Origin: a virus
DNA length: 64,000 nucleotides
Virus record (IMG/VR): IMGVR_UViG_3300006802_000078
Span: 27,626 to 91,625 of that record
Direction: 5' to 3' (one strand)
The notes beneath the pieces are model-generated. The model was not told where the DNA came from, did no database searches, and was given only the letters and a program-made list of their open reading frames with translations. Made by a program: the position numbers and the translations under genes. Below, piece after piece: positions 35,861 to 47,133 of the stretch. Position 1 is the first letter of the stretch; every line of letters begins with the position of its first letter.

Positions 35861-36394
35861 ATGCCCTTCAACGCCATCCCCGTCCTCGACGGCGCCATCA
35901 CCGACACCTTCTCCCAGGCGGGGCAGGCCGCTCGCCTCGGCGAGCTCCGCTGGGTCCCGAAGGAGAAGCTCACCAAGGAGCTGTCCTCCTACGCATCTGG
36001 CTTCGAGGGGACCGGTGTCATTGTCCGCTTCGTCAAGGCCACCGCGGCCGCTGGCCTCACCATCGGCCAGCTGGCGCGGAGCACCATGTCGAGCGGCGCC
36101 GGCCTCTACAACGTCAAGTCCTGCGACGCCGCCGGTGTCGCCAGCCCCCGGGAGATCCAGGGGGTCGCCGTCGGCACCGTCGCCCAGAACTACTACGGCT
36201 GGGTCATCTGCTGGGGTCCCTGTCGGCCGCTCAGCGCCGACGGTGGCATCGTCGCTCTGGAAGCGCTGTCGAGCCACACCAGCGGGCAGGTCGACACCAA
36301 CCCGGCCGACGGGACCGAGGGGCGGATCGGCATGGCGCTCGAGGATGACGGTGCCACCGGCGAGGCCTTCTGGGCGTTCCTCGACGTCCTGTAG
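35861..36394 (+). CDS. capsid decoration/cement-like protein
   Basis: 177 aa after the capsid gene; GVAVGTVAQNYYGWV..G motif. Confidence 0.65.
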   Translation: MPFNAIPVLDGAITDTFSQAGQAARLGELRWVPKEKLTKELSSYASGFEGTGVIVRFVKATAAAGLTIGQLARSTMSSGAGLYNVKSCDAAGVASPREIQGVAVGTVAQNYYGWVICWGPCRPLSADGGIVALEALSSHTSGQVDTNPADGTEGRIGMALEDDGATGEAFWAFLDVL

Positions 36395-36505
36395 TCCGCC
36401 TTCGGTGAGAGGGCAGGGAGCCTCCCGGTGTAGCAGCCGGGGGGCTTCTTCTATTTCTGGTAGACCCGCTGCGCGCGGTGATAGGCTGGGCCATCGGAGG
36501 CAGAG

Positions 36506-38026
36506 ATGCTCATCAGCCCCTCGCTCGGATCCCTGCGGGAAACCGCGAACACGCTGAGGGCGCGGCGCTCTACCGGACCCGTGTCCAATGAGAAGTTCCG
36601 CACCGCGGCCATGGCCGCGCTGGCGGAGATGATCACGGATCTGCCGCAGCACTTCATCTCGTCCGTCGTCCACCTCAACACCATCCCGGACGTCAGCAGC
36701 AGCGCCAGCGACGTTGGCGCCCTGATCGAGCCGACGGACGACCTGTGGGTGATGCGGCTGACCACCTCGGCGGGGGCTGCACTGAGCACGTCGACGCTGT
36801 CGTGGCGCCCGACCACGGACGGCACCTGGGAAGGGGTCATGTGGATCGAGGTCAAGCGCGCGAACGGCGCGTGGGCCCGGGTCCAGACGCGAGAGTGGTG
36901 GTTCGACGACGGCGAGTACTACGTGAGCCTATGGTCCCCCTGGCCCTGGCCGGGCGACGCGGGGGCGGGGTTCACCATCTACCAGGATCGCCTCTGGCTG
37001 CCCGGCCGTCTGGTCGAGGCCAGGGCCCCGCTGCGGCTCTACCGCCCTGGAGCCGCCTTCGAGGTGGTGCACCGCGCGAACGAGGAGGCGGCTCGGCGGA
37101 GCGGCGCAGGCGATCTGCACCAGGGCAGCGGTCTGCCCTCTGCGTTCTGGAAGAGCGGGAGCTTCGCGCTGGACCCGCCCACGCGGGCGCCTGTCATCAC
37201 GCAGCTCAGCGCTGGCGGGGGCTACACCTGGCCGGGCCCGGTGCAGGAAGGGAAGTGGAAGTTCTACTTCACCTACGCCATGGGCTACAGGGACGTCTAC
37301 TGGAACAACAGCGTCCGCGGCGTGCGGGATCCAGTGTGGGAGTCGCTGCCGTCCCCGGCCAGTGCCGTGTTCGACCAAGCGTCGTCCCACGGGAGCATCG
37401 CCATCCGCTGCGTCAACATCGACTACGAGGTCAACTTCGACTTACCCGCCGCGAAGCGGTACGGGCACAGCGGCTTTCGGATCCGGGTCTACGCCCAGCG
37501 CGTCGCCATCAGTGAGGGGGCCACCCCGGCTGCGGTCGATGAGGCGTCGCAGACCCACCGCCCTCTGCTGCTGGCGGAGATCCAGCCGTATCTGGCCAAC
37601 GTCCGCGGGGTCGACGCGGAGTACATCTGGAACGGCAGCGTCATCCCGGACCCGTCCCGCCCCATGCCGCGCATCGCACAGTACGACGGGATCCAGCTCA
37701 ACCTGCGCCCGGACCAGCGGTACGAGTTCGACATGGAGGCGGCGCTGCTGGCGCACGAGCTGGTGGATGACGCCGACGCCGTTCCGCTCCACGCTGACGC
37801 CATGCCGGCGCTGTTCCACCTCACGATGGCTTGGTACGCGCTGGCGGACGGCCTCGACTGGGACACGGAGCGGCTGCACCGGCTCCGCTACGAGGAGCAG
37901 AAGCGCAAGTTCCGGGCGTTGCGAGAGGGTGACGTCGACTACATCGACTTGATGCGGTATGATGCACAGGGTGCAACCCTGGGAGCGATGTCCCACGGGG
38001 TCATCGCACCGTTCACCGAGCAATGA
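36506..38026 (+). CDS. head-tail adaptor-like virion protein
   Basis: Position; C-terminal DDADAVPL..ALFH..Y..F helical pattern. Confidence 0.5.
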   Translation: MLISPSLGSLRETANTLRARRSTGPVSNEKFRTAAMAALAEMITDLPQHFISSVVHLNTIPDVSSSASDVGALIEPTDDLWVMRLTTSAGAALSTSTLSWRPTTDGTWEGVMWIEVKRANGAWARVQTREWWFDDGEYYVSLWSPWPWPGDAGAGFTIYQDRLWLPGRLVEARAPLRLYRPGAAFEVVHRANEEAARRSGAGDLHQGSGLPSAFWKSGSFALDPPTRAPVITQLSAGGGYTWPGPVQEGKWKFYFTYAMGYRDVYWNNSVRGVRDPVWESLPSPASAVFDQASSHGSIAIRCVNIDYEVNFDLPAAKRYGHSGFRIRVYAQRVAISEGATPAAVDEASQTHRPLLLAEIQPYLANVRGVDAEYIWNGSVIPDPSRPMPRIAQYDGIQLNLRPDQRYEFDMEAALLAHELVDDADAVPLHADAMPALFHLTMAWYALADGLDWDTERLHRLRYEEQKRKFRALREGDVDYIDLMRYDAQGATLGAMSHGVIAPFTEQ

Positions 38027-38037
38027 GGAAGCATCCG

Positions 38038-38535
38038 ATGCCCATCCACATCCCCCGTCCCAACCTGGGCGACGTCCTGGTCCGCGAGCGCGAGCTCACC
38101 CGCATGCCCAAGGCGCAGCCGCAGATCGAGGAGGCCACGGTCATCTCCCGCGTCTACCCCAAGGGGTCCGACCCCGACGGCTACATGTGGCAGGTGTCGC
38201 TCCACTCCTTGCTGGAGGGGGGCATCGTCCCGTTCGATGGGGGGTCGGTCAAGTCGCAGCCCCGCACGGCCGGTGACTGGCGCCCCGCCGACTGGATCTT
38301 CTACGACAACGGCCTCCCTGTGTTCGACACCAAGGGCAAGCTGATGAAGAAGAGCGGCAACATCCAGTTCGATGGCGTGCCGTGCTGGGGTCCCCCCTAC
38401 TGGTGCGACGGCAAGCCCTACCGCGGCCCCGTGGACGACGAGACCGTGAAGGAGAAGCAGATCATCGTCGCGCGCTTCACCGAGCCGCCCCCGACGCCGG
38501 CGCCGTCGCGCACCCAGCTCTCCGTCGGGGCCTGA
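38038..38535 (+). CDS. hypothetical protein (165 aa)
   Basis: GAGGA RBS; packed in the late operon. Confidence 0.7.
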   Translation: MPIHIPRPNLGDVLVRERELTRMPKAQPQIEEATVISRVYPKGSDPDGYMWQVSLHSLLEGGIVPFDGGSVKSQPRTAGDWRPADWIFYDNGLPVFDTKGKLMKKSGNIQFDGVPCWGPPYWCDGKPYRGPVDDETVKEKQIIVARFTEPPPTPAPSRTQLSVGA

Positions 38536-38538
38536 CGG

Positions 38539-40686
38539 ATGGCGCGACGTGGCATCGCTGGCGACCTGGTCGTCGGAGCCAATGCCTTCGGGCAGGGGTT
38601 CGTCCGCGTCGACGTCAACGAGCTCTCGCAGGACGGGGGGGCCCGTGCCCGCAGGATCCGCAACCTCACCCCCACGACCGAGGGGGACCTGCGCAGCGCG
38701 CGCGGCCCCACGCCGCTCGAGATGGATCGGGGCGAGGGCTACTTCTCCTTCGGCAGGATCCATGGCATCTTCCACTGCAACCACCTGGGTGGCAAGGTGG
38801 GCCACACCTACGTGCGAGCCGGCACGAAGCTGTACCGGCACGCGGGCTGGGCGCGGAGTTGGGAGGAGATCTACTCGGGGCTGAGCGACGATCACACCCC
38901 TCGGGCGCCGGACCAGTGGGCCATCATCAACGACATGGTCATCTGGTCCAACGGCATCGACCAGCCGCTGCGGATCCACCGGAACGGTAAGGTGCAGCCC
39001 CTGGGCTTCGGCACGGTGCCTTCTGCCCCCCGCGCAGAGGGGCCGCGGTCGCCGTCGACGGGCAACACCGCGCAGATCTACACCGGCGGGCGCGGCAGCT
39101 ACCACGAGAACAGCCTGGCCTACTCCTGGCGCGGGGTGGTGGGCACCATCGGGGAGTACCTGGACGCCCGTGACGCCGTGCTGCGGGAGGGCCTGTGGGT
39201 GTGGGCGGCGCAGTTCGAGGACGACTACGGTGACTTGAGCGCGATGAGCCTGCTGTCCAACCCGGTCACGTTGACGACGCAAGCGACGAAGCTGGCGGTG
39301 TGGACCGGCGGGAAGACGGAGTACTGCGAGGCGGATCAGATCGAGGATCTGACTCGGCAGTTCGCCGTCTTCGCCACGGGCAGGCCTCCGAGCCACGGCA
39401 GGTACGTCAGGCTCTACCGCAGCGTGGATCGGAAGAACAACGGTGACCTGCAGCTTCGCCTCGTGGCGCGGATCCCGGGGCGGCGCTTCTTCGTCTACCC
39501 GGACAACGTCCCGGACGCGGAGCTGGGGGGCGCCGCTACCTCCGTCATCCCTGTCCCCACCTTCCACGCCATGTGCACCTACGGGGGGCGGCTGGTCGTG
39601 GCCGATGGCCCTCGGGTGCTCATCTCCCAGCCCGGCTTCCCCGGCACCTTCGTGGTCCAGGTCTACCCGGATGCGGGGGGTGCTGCCATCACCGCGGTGG
39701 CCGACCACGCGGGGCGGTTGCTGGCCTTCACCGAGTTCGCCGTCTACGACATCACCCAGCTCGACCAGCCCCCCGTTCCTCTGGCGCAGGGCATCGGCTG
39801 CGTGGCGATGGACTCGCTGCGGGCGCTGCCGAGTGGCAACCTCGTCTGGCTCAGCTACAGCGGCTTCTACGCGCTCGGCGTCGAGGGGCCTCCCCGCCCC
39901 ATCTCGAACGAGATCTCGGGGCTCATTGAGACCCGGCTGCCGAAGAGCGCGCTGTGCCAAGCGTCCGCGACCGTCGCGCCGGAGGTGGGGGAGTACCGCT
40001 GCGCTGTGACCCCAGCGGGCAGCCACGACAACGCCATGATCCTGGCGTTGAACGACAAGGGGTGGCGCGAGTACGTCTTCGGGGTCTCCTTCATCGCGCT
40101 CACGACCACGAAGGACCCGAGGCTGTACTGCGTGGCTGGGGTCTACGAGCCGAGTGAGGCCCGCTACAACGTCATGGTGATGGACCGGGAGGACACCAGC
40201 TACGACCCGCCGCTGCGGGACTCGGTCTACGCCGGCCCCCGCATCCGCTTCGACGAGATAGGCGTCCGTGAGGCGACGGTCGAGCAGGTGGTCTTCATCT
40301 TCGTCGACGAGCGCAGTGGGCCGGGCACTGCGGCGGATCTCGACGATGACGCGGGCATCGTCGCGCGGTTCTACATCAACGGTGACTACGACAACGCCAT
40401 CGGCGACGCTGTGACTCTGCGCGGTGTCGGCAGGGACGACGGCAGCGGGGTCGGAGACGACTTGCTCGGCAAGCTCACCGTGGGGGAGGGCAAGGTCCAC
40501 GCGGCCCGCACCTACGCGCGCGCCGTGTTCACCTCGCTGTTCCTGCAGAACGTCCGGGACTGGAGCTTCACCCTCACCTGCACCGAGCCATCCCGCATGC
40601 GGCTGGTCGCTTTCGCCTTCCTCCCAACCACGCCGGCGGGGGATCGGGCAGCGCTCACCCACGTGGCGGGGCCGACGGACTTCTGA
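38539..40686 (+). CDS. tail nozzle / packaged-DNA stabilization protein (P22 gp10-like)
   Basis: 715 aa, beta-rich; WSNGIDQP and GIGCVAMDSL motifs. Confidence 0.65.
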   Translation: MARRGIAGDLVVGANAFGQGFVRVDVNELSQDGGARARRIRNLTPTTEGDLRSARGPTPLEMDRGEGYFSFGRIHGIFHCNHLGGKVGHTYVRAGTKLYRHAGWARSWEEIYSGLSDDHTPRAPDQWAIINDMVIWSNGIDQPLRIHRNGKVQPLGFGTVPSAPRAEGPRSPSTGNTAQIYTGGRGSYHENSLAYSWRGVVGTIGEYLDARDAVLREGLWVWAAQFEDDYGDLSAMSLLSNPVTLTTQATKLAVWTGGKTEYCEADQIEDLTRQFAVFATGRPPSHGRYVRLYRSVDRKNNGDLQLRLVARIPGRRFFVYPDNVPDAELGGAATSVIPVPTFHAMCTYGGRLVVADGPRVLISQPGFPGTFVVQVYPDAGGAAITAVADHAGRLLAFTEFAVYDITQLDQPPVPLAQGIGCVAMDSLRALPSGNLVWLSYSGFYALGVEGPPRPISNEISGLIETRLPKSALCQASATVAPEVGEYRCAVTPAGSHDNAMILALNDKGWREYVFGVSFIALTTTKDPRLYCVAGVYEPSEARYNVMVMDREDTSYDPPLRDSVYAGPRIRFDEIGVREATVEQVVFIFVDERSGPGTAADLDDDAGIVARFYINGDYDNAIGDAVTLRGVGRDDGSGVGDDLLGKLTVGEGKVHAARTYARAVFTSLFLQNVRDWSFTLTCTEPSRMRLVAFAFLPTTPAGDRAALTHVAGPTDF

Positions 40687-42212
40687 TGCCCTCTGGCTAC
40701 CTCAAGCAGCGCCGTCGCTACGACAACGGAGACACCTCCGACGTCGACAGCCTCAACCTGGATCTGCAGGATGTGGCTGCGCGCCTCGGTGGCAGGCTCG
40801 ACCAGCACAACTTCATGCAGAATGACCTCGGTGAGAGCGACATCGAGAACAGCGCGTACCAGGAGTGGTACCTGGTCTCTGTCCCGGTGGACCACGCGGC
40901 CGCCCACAACACCCAGGGGCCGCAGTCGGCTGCGACCGACGCGATGGACGTGCCCCTGGATGGGGACTGGCACGTGGTCAGCTCCTGTCAGCTCGAGCTC
41001 GTGACGGGGGAGTGCGTCGTAGTGGTCCGCGCTTCTGCGGTGTGGGCCTCCTTCCCCCACGAGATCAGCTGGAACCCAACGACGGGGGAGGACGAGTACG
41101 ACCGCCCCCGCCCGGTGTTCGGGCTGCGCATCGGGGGGGCGGTGCACATGCCTGCGATCACGGGGCTGATGCACACCTCGGACGTGCCACCTGTGCCGGT
41201 CCGGCTGAGCAACCCGAAGGCGTTGACTACGCTGCTGGGCACGGGGCACCTGAAGGCGATCCAGGCGTACTCGGAGGGCAGCCCCTTCTGCCACGTGCGG
41301 CTCAAGTGGAGCATCCCGCTGCCGGCGGGGGTTCACGGAGCCGAGTTCGTCGTGCGCGCAGCGCAGAACATGGCGCCACTGCGGGAGGCGCTGGCGATCG
41401 ACGCCGCGCTGAAGGTCTACACCCGGAAGATGCTCACGCGGGTCATCCCCCGCCAGGCTCCTTCGGGGGGCAGTAGCGCGAACGTGGCCGTACCTGCGTG
41501 GGAGAGCGGTGACACCTTCAGTCGGAGTAGCTACCGCGACGACCGGCTGCAGCCTCTGGTCGGCGCCAGCAACGCCATCACCAGCGGGATGGTTGCGCGG
41601 GCTGCGTTCAACCACGCACATCTTCCGTCATCGCTGAAGCGGGTCGACGTGGTGCCGTTCGTCATGGCGGCGGCGGAGTACTGCGAGGCGCAGTACCCCG
41701 GCTGGGGCAGCTCGACTCCCGCTGGCGCTCGGACAGGCGCCACCGGGTGGTGGCAGATCGACGACGCAGGTGTCAAGCTCGAAACGAGCGGCGCTGCTTG
41801 GGCCACGACCAGCGACGGCAGTGGGCTCATCCACGTGCTGGCCGATGTCGGGCTGACCGACATCCGCCGGGGCACGGGGGTGGGCCTCGGGATCGACGAG
41901 AACGAGTCCGCGCTGTTCGCGCTCGGCTACCACGATGGCACCAACTGGGTGATACTGGAGGGCACCATCTCACCAGTGGCAGCCGGCCCGAAGATCGTCG
42001 GTGCCGGCCCGGCTCTCCTCGAGCAGCTCGTGGTCGAGCGCAATGTGGCGCTGGAGGGGTGGATCGACATGCGGGGGGTGGGCGAGGGCCTTGGCCTCGA
42101 CATCACCAAGTTCGGCGTATTCGTCAGCTCGATGTGCTACACGTCGGCGACGGTGCCCCGGGTGAAGTGGCGGAACGCCACGCTCACCGTGATGCACTTC
42201 GGCATGTACTGA
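40686..42212 (+). CDS. virion structural protein (508 aa)
   Basis: TGATG coupling; beta-rich. Confidence 0.6.
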   Translation: MPSGYLKQRRRYDNGDTSDVDSLNLDLQDVAARLGGRLDQHNFMQNDLGESDIENSAYQEWYLVSVPVDHAAAHNTQGPQSAATDAMDVPLDGDWHVVSSCQLELVTGECVVVVRASAVWASFPHEISWNPTTGEDEYDRPRPVFGLRIGGAVHMPAITGLMHTSDVPPVPVRLSNPKALTTLLGTGHLKAIQAYSEGSPFCHVRLKWSIPLPAGVHGAEFVVRAAQNMAPLREALAIDAALKVYTRKMLTRVIPRQAPSGGSSANVAVPAWESGDTFSRSSYRDDRLQPLVGASNAITSGMVARAAFNHAHLPSSLKRVDVVPFVMAAAEYCEAQYPGWGSSTPAGARTGATGWWQIDDAGVKLETSGAAWATTSDGSGLIHVLADVGLTDIRRGTGVGLGIDENESALFALGYHDGTNWVILEGTISPVAAGPKIVGAGPALLEQLVVERNVALEGWIDMRGVGEGLGLDITKFGVFVSSMCYTSATVPRVKWRNATLTVMHFGMY

Positions 42213-42227
42213 GGGAGGTGCTGCGCG

Positions 42228-43025
42228 ATGGCCACGATCTCCACCCCCTACGGGAGCGGCATTACGGACGGGCCCACGCTGGACGTGGCAGGGCTGAACG
42301 CGGACTTGACGGCGGACGCCCTGCTGCCGACCCGCCGCGGCGTGCTGAGCGAGCCCAACGGTGGCATCGAGGCGGCCAACCTGGACGCTTCCTTCCTGGT
42401 GACTCAGGAGATGATCCAGCCTGGAGAGGTCGCGGACAGCTACTCCTACGGGTACCACCGCCGCCTCGACTACTTCTCCGATCTGGCCCCCGACCTGAGC
42501 GTGGAGCGGTACATCCCGCTGGCGTTTGGGGCTGCCACCGTCGAGCTGCCGTACGACTGCAGCCTGCTCCTGTTCGATCTGCACGTCTTCCACTCTCAGT
42601 GGCGGCTGTGGCGGCGGTACGACCAGGAGCAGGGGGGCAGCTTCATGTCGGCGGAGATCATCACGCGGATCCGCGTGAACGGCATGGTCAAGCAGGAGAC
42701 CCGGCGGCCGCACGCGCCGACGGTCTACATCAGCGCCGCTCAGAGCTTGGCGGGCGCGGGGCACTACGACCGCTTCGAGCACTACGCTGCCGGCACCCTG
42801 TCGCAGCACTACGCGATGAAGAGCCCAAGCGCTGGGGTCTACGACATCAGCATCGAGGTCTTCCTCGGGATCCCCACTGCATCGGCCGGCGACCAGCTCA
42901 AGTGGCCGTTCGCCTACAGCACCACGCACAAGGGGGACACGACGAGCACAACCAGCGGCGACTGCTATGTCTTCTCCCGCTTCTCGACGGGAGCAGTGGG
43001 CATCAGCTACGACTACTGGAAGTAG
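42228..43025 (+). CDS. virion structural protein (265 aa)
   Basis: GGAGG RBS; beta-rich. Confidence 0.6.
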   Translation: MATISTPYGSGITDGPTLDVAGLNADLTADALLPTRRGVLSEPNGGIEAANLDASFLVTQEMIQPGEVADSYSYGYHRRLDYFSDLAPDLSVERYIPLAFGAATVELPYDCSLLLFDLHVFHSQWRLWRRYDQEQGGSFMSAEIITRIRVNGMVKQETRRPHAPTVYISAAQSLAGAGHYDRFEHYAAGTLSQHYAMKSPSAGVYDISIEVFLGIPTASAGDQLKWPFAYSTTHKGDTTSTTSGDCYVFSRFSTGAVGISYDYWK

Positions 43026-43078
43026 GCACGCGCGTGCGAGCGCAAGCCGCTGCACCTCCTGCGTGGTAGCTTTTCCCC

Positions 43079-43690
43079 ATGCCTAACAACCTCGACACCA
43101 AGCTCGTCTCGGGCATGCAGAACGCCGGCCAGGCCATGGGGGACAACCCCGACCTGACGGGGCAGATCACCGGGCTCACCACCAAGGCGATCTACTCGGC
43201 GCTCGACCCGAACGCGAGGTCTGCCCGCGCCGCCCGGCGCAGCATGCGCCTGCGGCTCGACCGCGGTGCGGGCGCGCTTGGGCTCGATCGGGGACAGCGC
43301 ATGGCCATGAGCGAGGACGCCATCCGCGCGGCCCAAGCGGCCCAGGCGCCGACCGTGGACGAGATCCAGCGGGCGGGGGCGGCCAAGGGGGGCGGGCTCG
43401 GTTCGGGGGCGGCGCAGCAGGCGGTGAACACTGCGACGCTTCAGGCGGCGGCTCAGGGCGGGGAAGCCGCGAGCCAAGCCAACGTCGAGAGCCAACGGCT
43501 CGCCGAGGCGAACTACAACCGCTACTACGACATCATCAACAACCAGGCCATCCGCGGCGCCGACCAGGCGCAGGAGGCGGGCTACGTGACAGGCAAGGCC
43601 GTGAGCACCGTCATCCGCAGCTACGCTGGGGGTGGCCTCGATCCTGCCAGCGCCCAGCAGCTGATGGGCGTCGCCGGCGGCGTAGCCTGA
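43079..43690 (+). CDS. putative ejection/pilot protein
   Basis: A/Q/G-rich helical 203 aa, first of a small-large-giant series. Confidence 0.5.
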   Translation: MPNNLDTKLVSGMQNAGQAMGDNPDLTGQITGLTTKAIYSALDPNARSARAARRSMRLRLDRGAGALGLDRGQRMAMSEDAIRAAQAAQAPTVDEIQRAGAAKGGGLGSGAAQQAVNTATLQAAAQGGEAASQANVESQRLAEANYNRYYDIINNQAIRGADQAQEAGYVTGKAVSTVIRSYAGGGLDPASAQQLMGVAGGVA

Positions 43691-43713
43691 GCCTGAGCGA
43701 AGGGGGAGCGACG

Positions 43714-46700
43714 ATGGCAACCGGAAGCGGAAGCAGCAGCAGCCGAGGGTCTCGGGCAATGACGGCGTACGACAAGCGGGAGGCGGCGTACTCGCCCTCC
43801 TACCTGCCTGGGTACGACCAGCTCATGACCCCGCTGGACCCAGCCAAGCCGTACGGCACCTACGCCCAGCGCATGCTCGGGCTGGGCACGATGGTGCGCG
43901 CGTCGGCCCCCCCGGGGCAGGAGGACGAGGCCGCCAAGATCGAGGCCGCGCTGCTCCGTACCTACCGCGAGCTCTACCACGAGCAGCGGGTGTGGGACAC
44001 GGAGATGGCGAAGCGCTTCAGCGCCGAGCGCATCAACATCCTGAGCTCGCAGACCCAGATGCTGGGGAACTACCTGCAGCTCGAGAGCACCATCATCAGC
44101 GAGGGGGCGCAGAACAGCCGGAACGCGCTTCAGGTCTACGGCAGCCTGCAGGAGAACCTCGCGAACAACATGCGCGAGCTGGCGCAGATGTCGACCATGT
44201 ACGCGTCCGACATCGTCGCGCAGGTGGCAGAGGCCGCGCGCCAGGCCAGCGACGACGGGGGCATGAGGCGCCTCGCCGCCTTCAACGAGTTCACCCGGCT
44301 CATGACCGAGACGCGGGAGGGCAACGTCCGAGGCCTGCCGCTGTGGAACACCTGGAACCAGCTCAACGACGAGTACCGCTTCGATGAGATCATCGACGGT
44401 ACCGACGCGTCGGTGCAGCTGGAGCCGTCCCAGCGTGATGCCATGCGGAACATCCGCACCATGGCGAAGTCGGCGAAGTCCTCGGTGGACGCTGCCACGG
44501 TCGATGTCGACGAGCAGATGTCCCGGCTGAAGCTGATCGCGCAGCAGATGGCGGGCGGCGCCGTGTCCCCCGAATACGAGCAGGCGGTCCACGACACCAT
44601 CAAGCAGATCCAGGATCTCGCCGTCGCCACGACCGGGGTGGAGCCCTCGGTCGCTTCGATGGAGGTCGGGGAGTACCTGCGCCAGAACGCGGGTTGGCGC
44701 CGCACCGAGGACATGCTGGGCTACCTGGCCGACCGGGTCAAGGGGGGCGGGAGCGGCGCGGCCGGGGTCGGCAAGGCGGACAAGGTGCAGCCGGAGCTGC
44801 AGCTCATGGCCGCGGCGATGGCGTCCCCCCAGTTCCAGGAGTGGGCCGCCGACCAGGGCTACAAGCGGCTGGGACGCGCGTGGCGGGACGAGGAGGGCCA
44901 GCTCCACTACATCCCGGCCAAGCAGGACCGCATCGCCGTGCTCGACTTCGTGCGCGAGCAGTGGCGGCATGGAGCCGACGGCTACCGCGTGGTCCCGCGT
45001 GGGACCGGCGAGATCATCACCCTGACGGTGAACGAGCCCCCGACCCCCGAGGCGGTCGAGGCGGTGCGCCAGCTCGATGGGCGCTTCGCGATGGTGAACG
45101 GGTCCTACATGACCCCGGACGCGGTGAAGGAGGCCCGAGAGGGACTGCGGCGCGAGGCCATGCGGCAGCTCGACACGATGGAGAGCAAGACCGGTGGTAC
45201 GCGGCTGTTCTTCGCCAGCTCCGCGGGGCAGCAGCTCGCGTGGTACGACGGCAAGATCTACCGCATGGATCAGATCGAGGGGGGGTTCCACCTGGTGCCG
45301 CTGGCGGACGGCAAGGGGGAGGCAGCTCCGATGCCCCAAGGGCTCCGGTGGGTCCCCATCAAGCAGAAGAACGGCCGTCCGGTGGCCAGCGGAGATCTGC
45401 CCACGCTCGAGATCGGCTACGGCACTGTGGCGCCCGGCACCGAGGCGGTGTCTCTCGACGACATCCGCGCCATCGACGCGGCCAAGCTCAAGCTGAGCCG
45501 CGGGGTGGGCGACGAAGACCTGGCCGCGCTGGGGATCAGCTTCACCGACCGGCCGCCGAAGGGGCGGAGCTACCAGGTCACGGGGGAGCGCCTGATGAAG
45601 GAGGCGTCCGACCCCGCCGGCTCCGTTCGGATCCGGGGTGAGGGCGCGAGCGGTGTCATGATCGACGAGAACGGCGTCGAGCACAACTACGGCCCGGGGG
45701 TGATGCGCTTCGAGGCGGGTCGCTACGAGGTGTCCGACGTGCACCGGGCGCGGGCCGATCGGGGCTTCGCCTCGGCGTACTACCAGCGGGCGAGTGCCCG
45801 CGCGACCCAGACCGGGCGCGACATCGTCAACCGCGACGCGCGGGACTCGGCGGAGTACGCCGCGCAGATGTCGGCGGAGGCCGCTGCGGTCGAGCCCGGT
45901 GAGACCCTGGAGGAGGCAGCCGACCGCGAGCTGGCGATCCAGTCGGCGAAGTTCAAGCGGGGCCAGCTCCAGGCCGACATCGAGCGGCTGACGCAGGAGG
46001 AGGAGCGGCTGGCGAGCATGGAGGGGGTCGAGTCGCAGGAACAGGCGGACGCCAACGCGGTGGCGGCGCAGCGTGCGCGAGATCGACGCACGGCGCTGGA
46101 GCAGGAGCTCATCGACACTGGCGCCTTGGTGGCGAAGGCCGAGGTGCAGCAGGACCCCAACGTCGTTCGGGTCAACGCGGAAGCGCGCGACATCAAGAAG
46201 CGAGCGATGGACGCCGAGATCCTGGCTCAGGATGCGGAGTCCGCTGCGAGCGAGGCGGAGGCTCGTGCAGCGCAGCTGCGGGAGGGCCTCACACAGCCGG
46301 AGGCGGGGGCTGCGCCGGGCCGAGGGGGGCGAGAGGGGAGTGACCCCGCGTCCCGCGCTGCGGGCGAGGCGTCTGCCAGGGCGGCCGCGCTGCGCGAGGC
46401 GGCGACGGCGGCGCGGGCGACGGCGGACCGCACGAAGCGGGAGTACGTCGCCAAGCGCGATGCCGCCGCCGCCTTCGAGCGGGTGAAGCTCAGCCAGAAG
46501 GGCTACGGCGCGCTCCGCGAGGAGGACATCCAGTTCGCCCAGCAGGAGGCCCAGATCGCCAAGGAGGGGGAGGGTGCGCCCCCGGAGCCCGAGCGCGGTC
46601 CGGCCGCGGCGGCGGGGTACGCCGCTGGTCGCGCGGCCGCTGGGCGGGAGGGGCGTGGCCCCGAGGGAGCGAAGGAGGACGTCGTTGGCCGCACCGGCCC

Positions 46701-47133
46701 GGAGGACAAGCGGGAGCCCGGCAAGGCCGCGGCGGCCGCTTCGAGCGAGGCCGCCGACTACGAAGCCGACATGAAGCGGCAGGAGAAGCAGAAGGAGGAG
46801 ACCCGCGGGGATGTGAAGCCGCGGCAGTACGCTCACCCTGGCGAGGTGATGGCACCGGCGGTTGCGGCTGCGCCGGCGGCTGCGGCTGCGCCAGCAGCAC
46901 CGAGGGCAGCGATCGGTCCGAAGAACCGCCGGGCCATCCTCGATGAGCGCCAGCGGGTCGTCACCGAGCAGGCGATGCGCAGCGGGCGGGGTGCGGCGGC
47001 GATGCGCGGCGCCGGAGGCAGGGCCGACCGGGGCAGCCTGCTCCGGGGCGAGCCTGAGCTGGCCCCCTCCGTCCCCAAGATCCCCGTACTGGCGGAGCTC
47101 GACGACAACAAGTTGGTCGATCTACCCGACTGA
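43714..47133 (+). CDS. putative internal virion (ejection) protein, 1139 aa
   Basis: Long helical/coiled-coil ORF upstream of the giant protein. Confidence 0.6.
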   Translation: MATGSGSSSSRGSRAMTAYDKREAAYSPSYLPGYDQLMTPLDPAKPYGTYAQRMLGLGTMVRASAPPGQEDEAAKIEAALLRTYRELYHEQRVWDTEMAKRFSAERINILSSQTQMLGNYLQLESTIISEGAQNSRNALQVYGSLQENLANNMRELAQMSTMYASDIVAQVAEAARQASDDGGMRRLAAFNEFTRLMTETREGNVRGLPLWNTWNQLNDEYRFDEIIDGTDASVQLEPSQRDAMRNIRTMAKSAKSSVDAATVDVDEQMSRLKLIAQQMAGGAVSPEYEQAVHDTIKQIQDLAVATTGVEPSVASMEVGEYLRQNAGWRRTEDMLGYLADRVKGGGSGAAGVGKADKVQPELQLMAAAMASPQFQEWAADQGYKRLGRAWRDEEGQLHYIPAKQDRIAVLDFVREQWRHGADGYRVVPRGTGEIITLTVNEPPTPEAVEAVRQLDGRFAMVNGSYMTPDAVKEAREGLRREAMRQLDTMESKTGGTRLFFASSAGQQLAWYDGKIYRMDQIEGGFHLVPLADGKGEAAPMPQGLRWVPIKQKNGRPVASGDLPTLEIGYGTVAPGTEAVSLDDIRAIDAAKLKLSRGVGDEDLAALGISFTDRPPKGRSYQVTGERLMKEASDPAGSVRIRGEGASGVMIDENGVEHNYGPGVMRFEAGRYEVSDVHRARADRGFASAYYQRASARATQTGRDIVNRDARDSAEYAAQMSAEAAAVEPGETLEEAADRELAIQSAKFKRGQLQADIERLTQEEERLASMEGVESQEQADANAVAAQRARDRRTALEQELIDTGALVAKAEVQQDPNVVRVNAEARDIKKRAMDAEILAQDAESAASEAEARAAQLREGLTQPEAGAAPGRGGREGSDPASRAAGEASARAAALREAATAARATADRTKREYVAKRDAAAAFERVKLSQKGYGALREEDIQFAQQEAQIAKEGEGAPPEPERGPAAAAGYAAGRAAAGREGRGPEGAKEDVVGRTGPEDKREPGKAAAAASSEAADYEADMKRQEKQKEETRGDVKPRQYAHPGEVMAPAVAAAPAAAAAPAAPRAAIGPKNRRAILDERQRVVTEQAMRSGRGAAAMRGAGGRADRGSLLRGEPELAPSVPKIPVLAELDDNKLVDLPD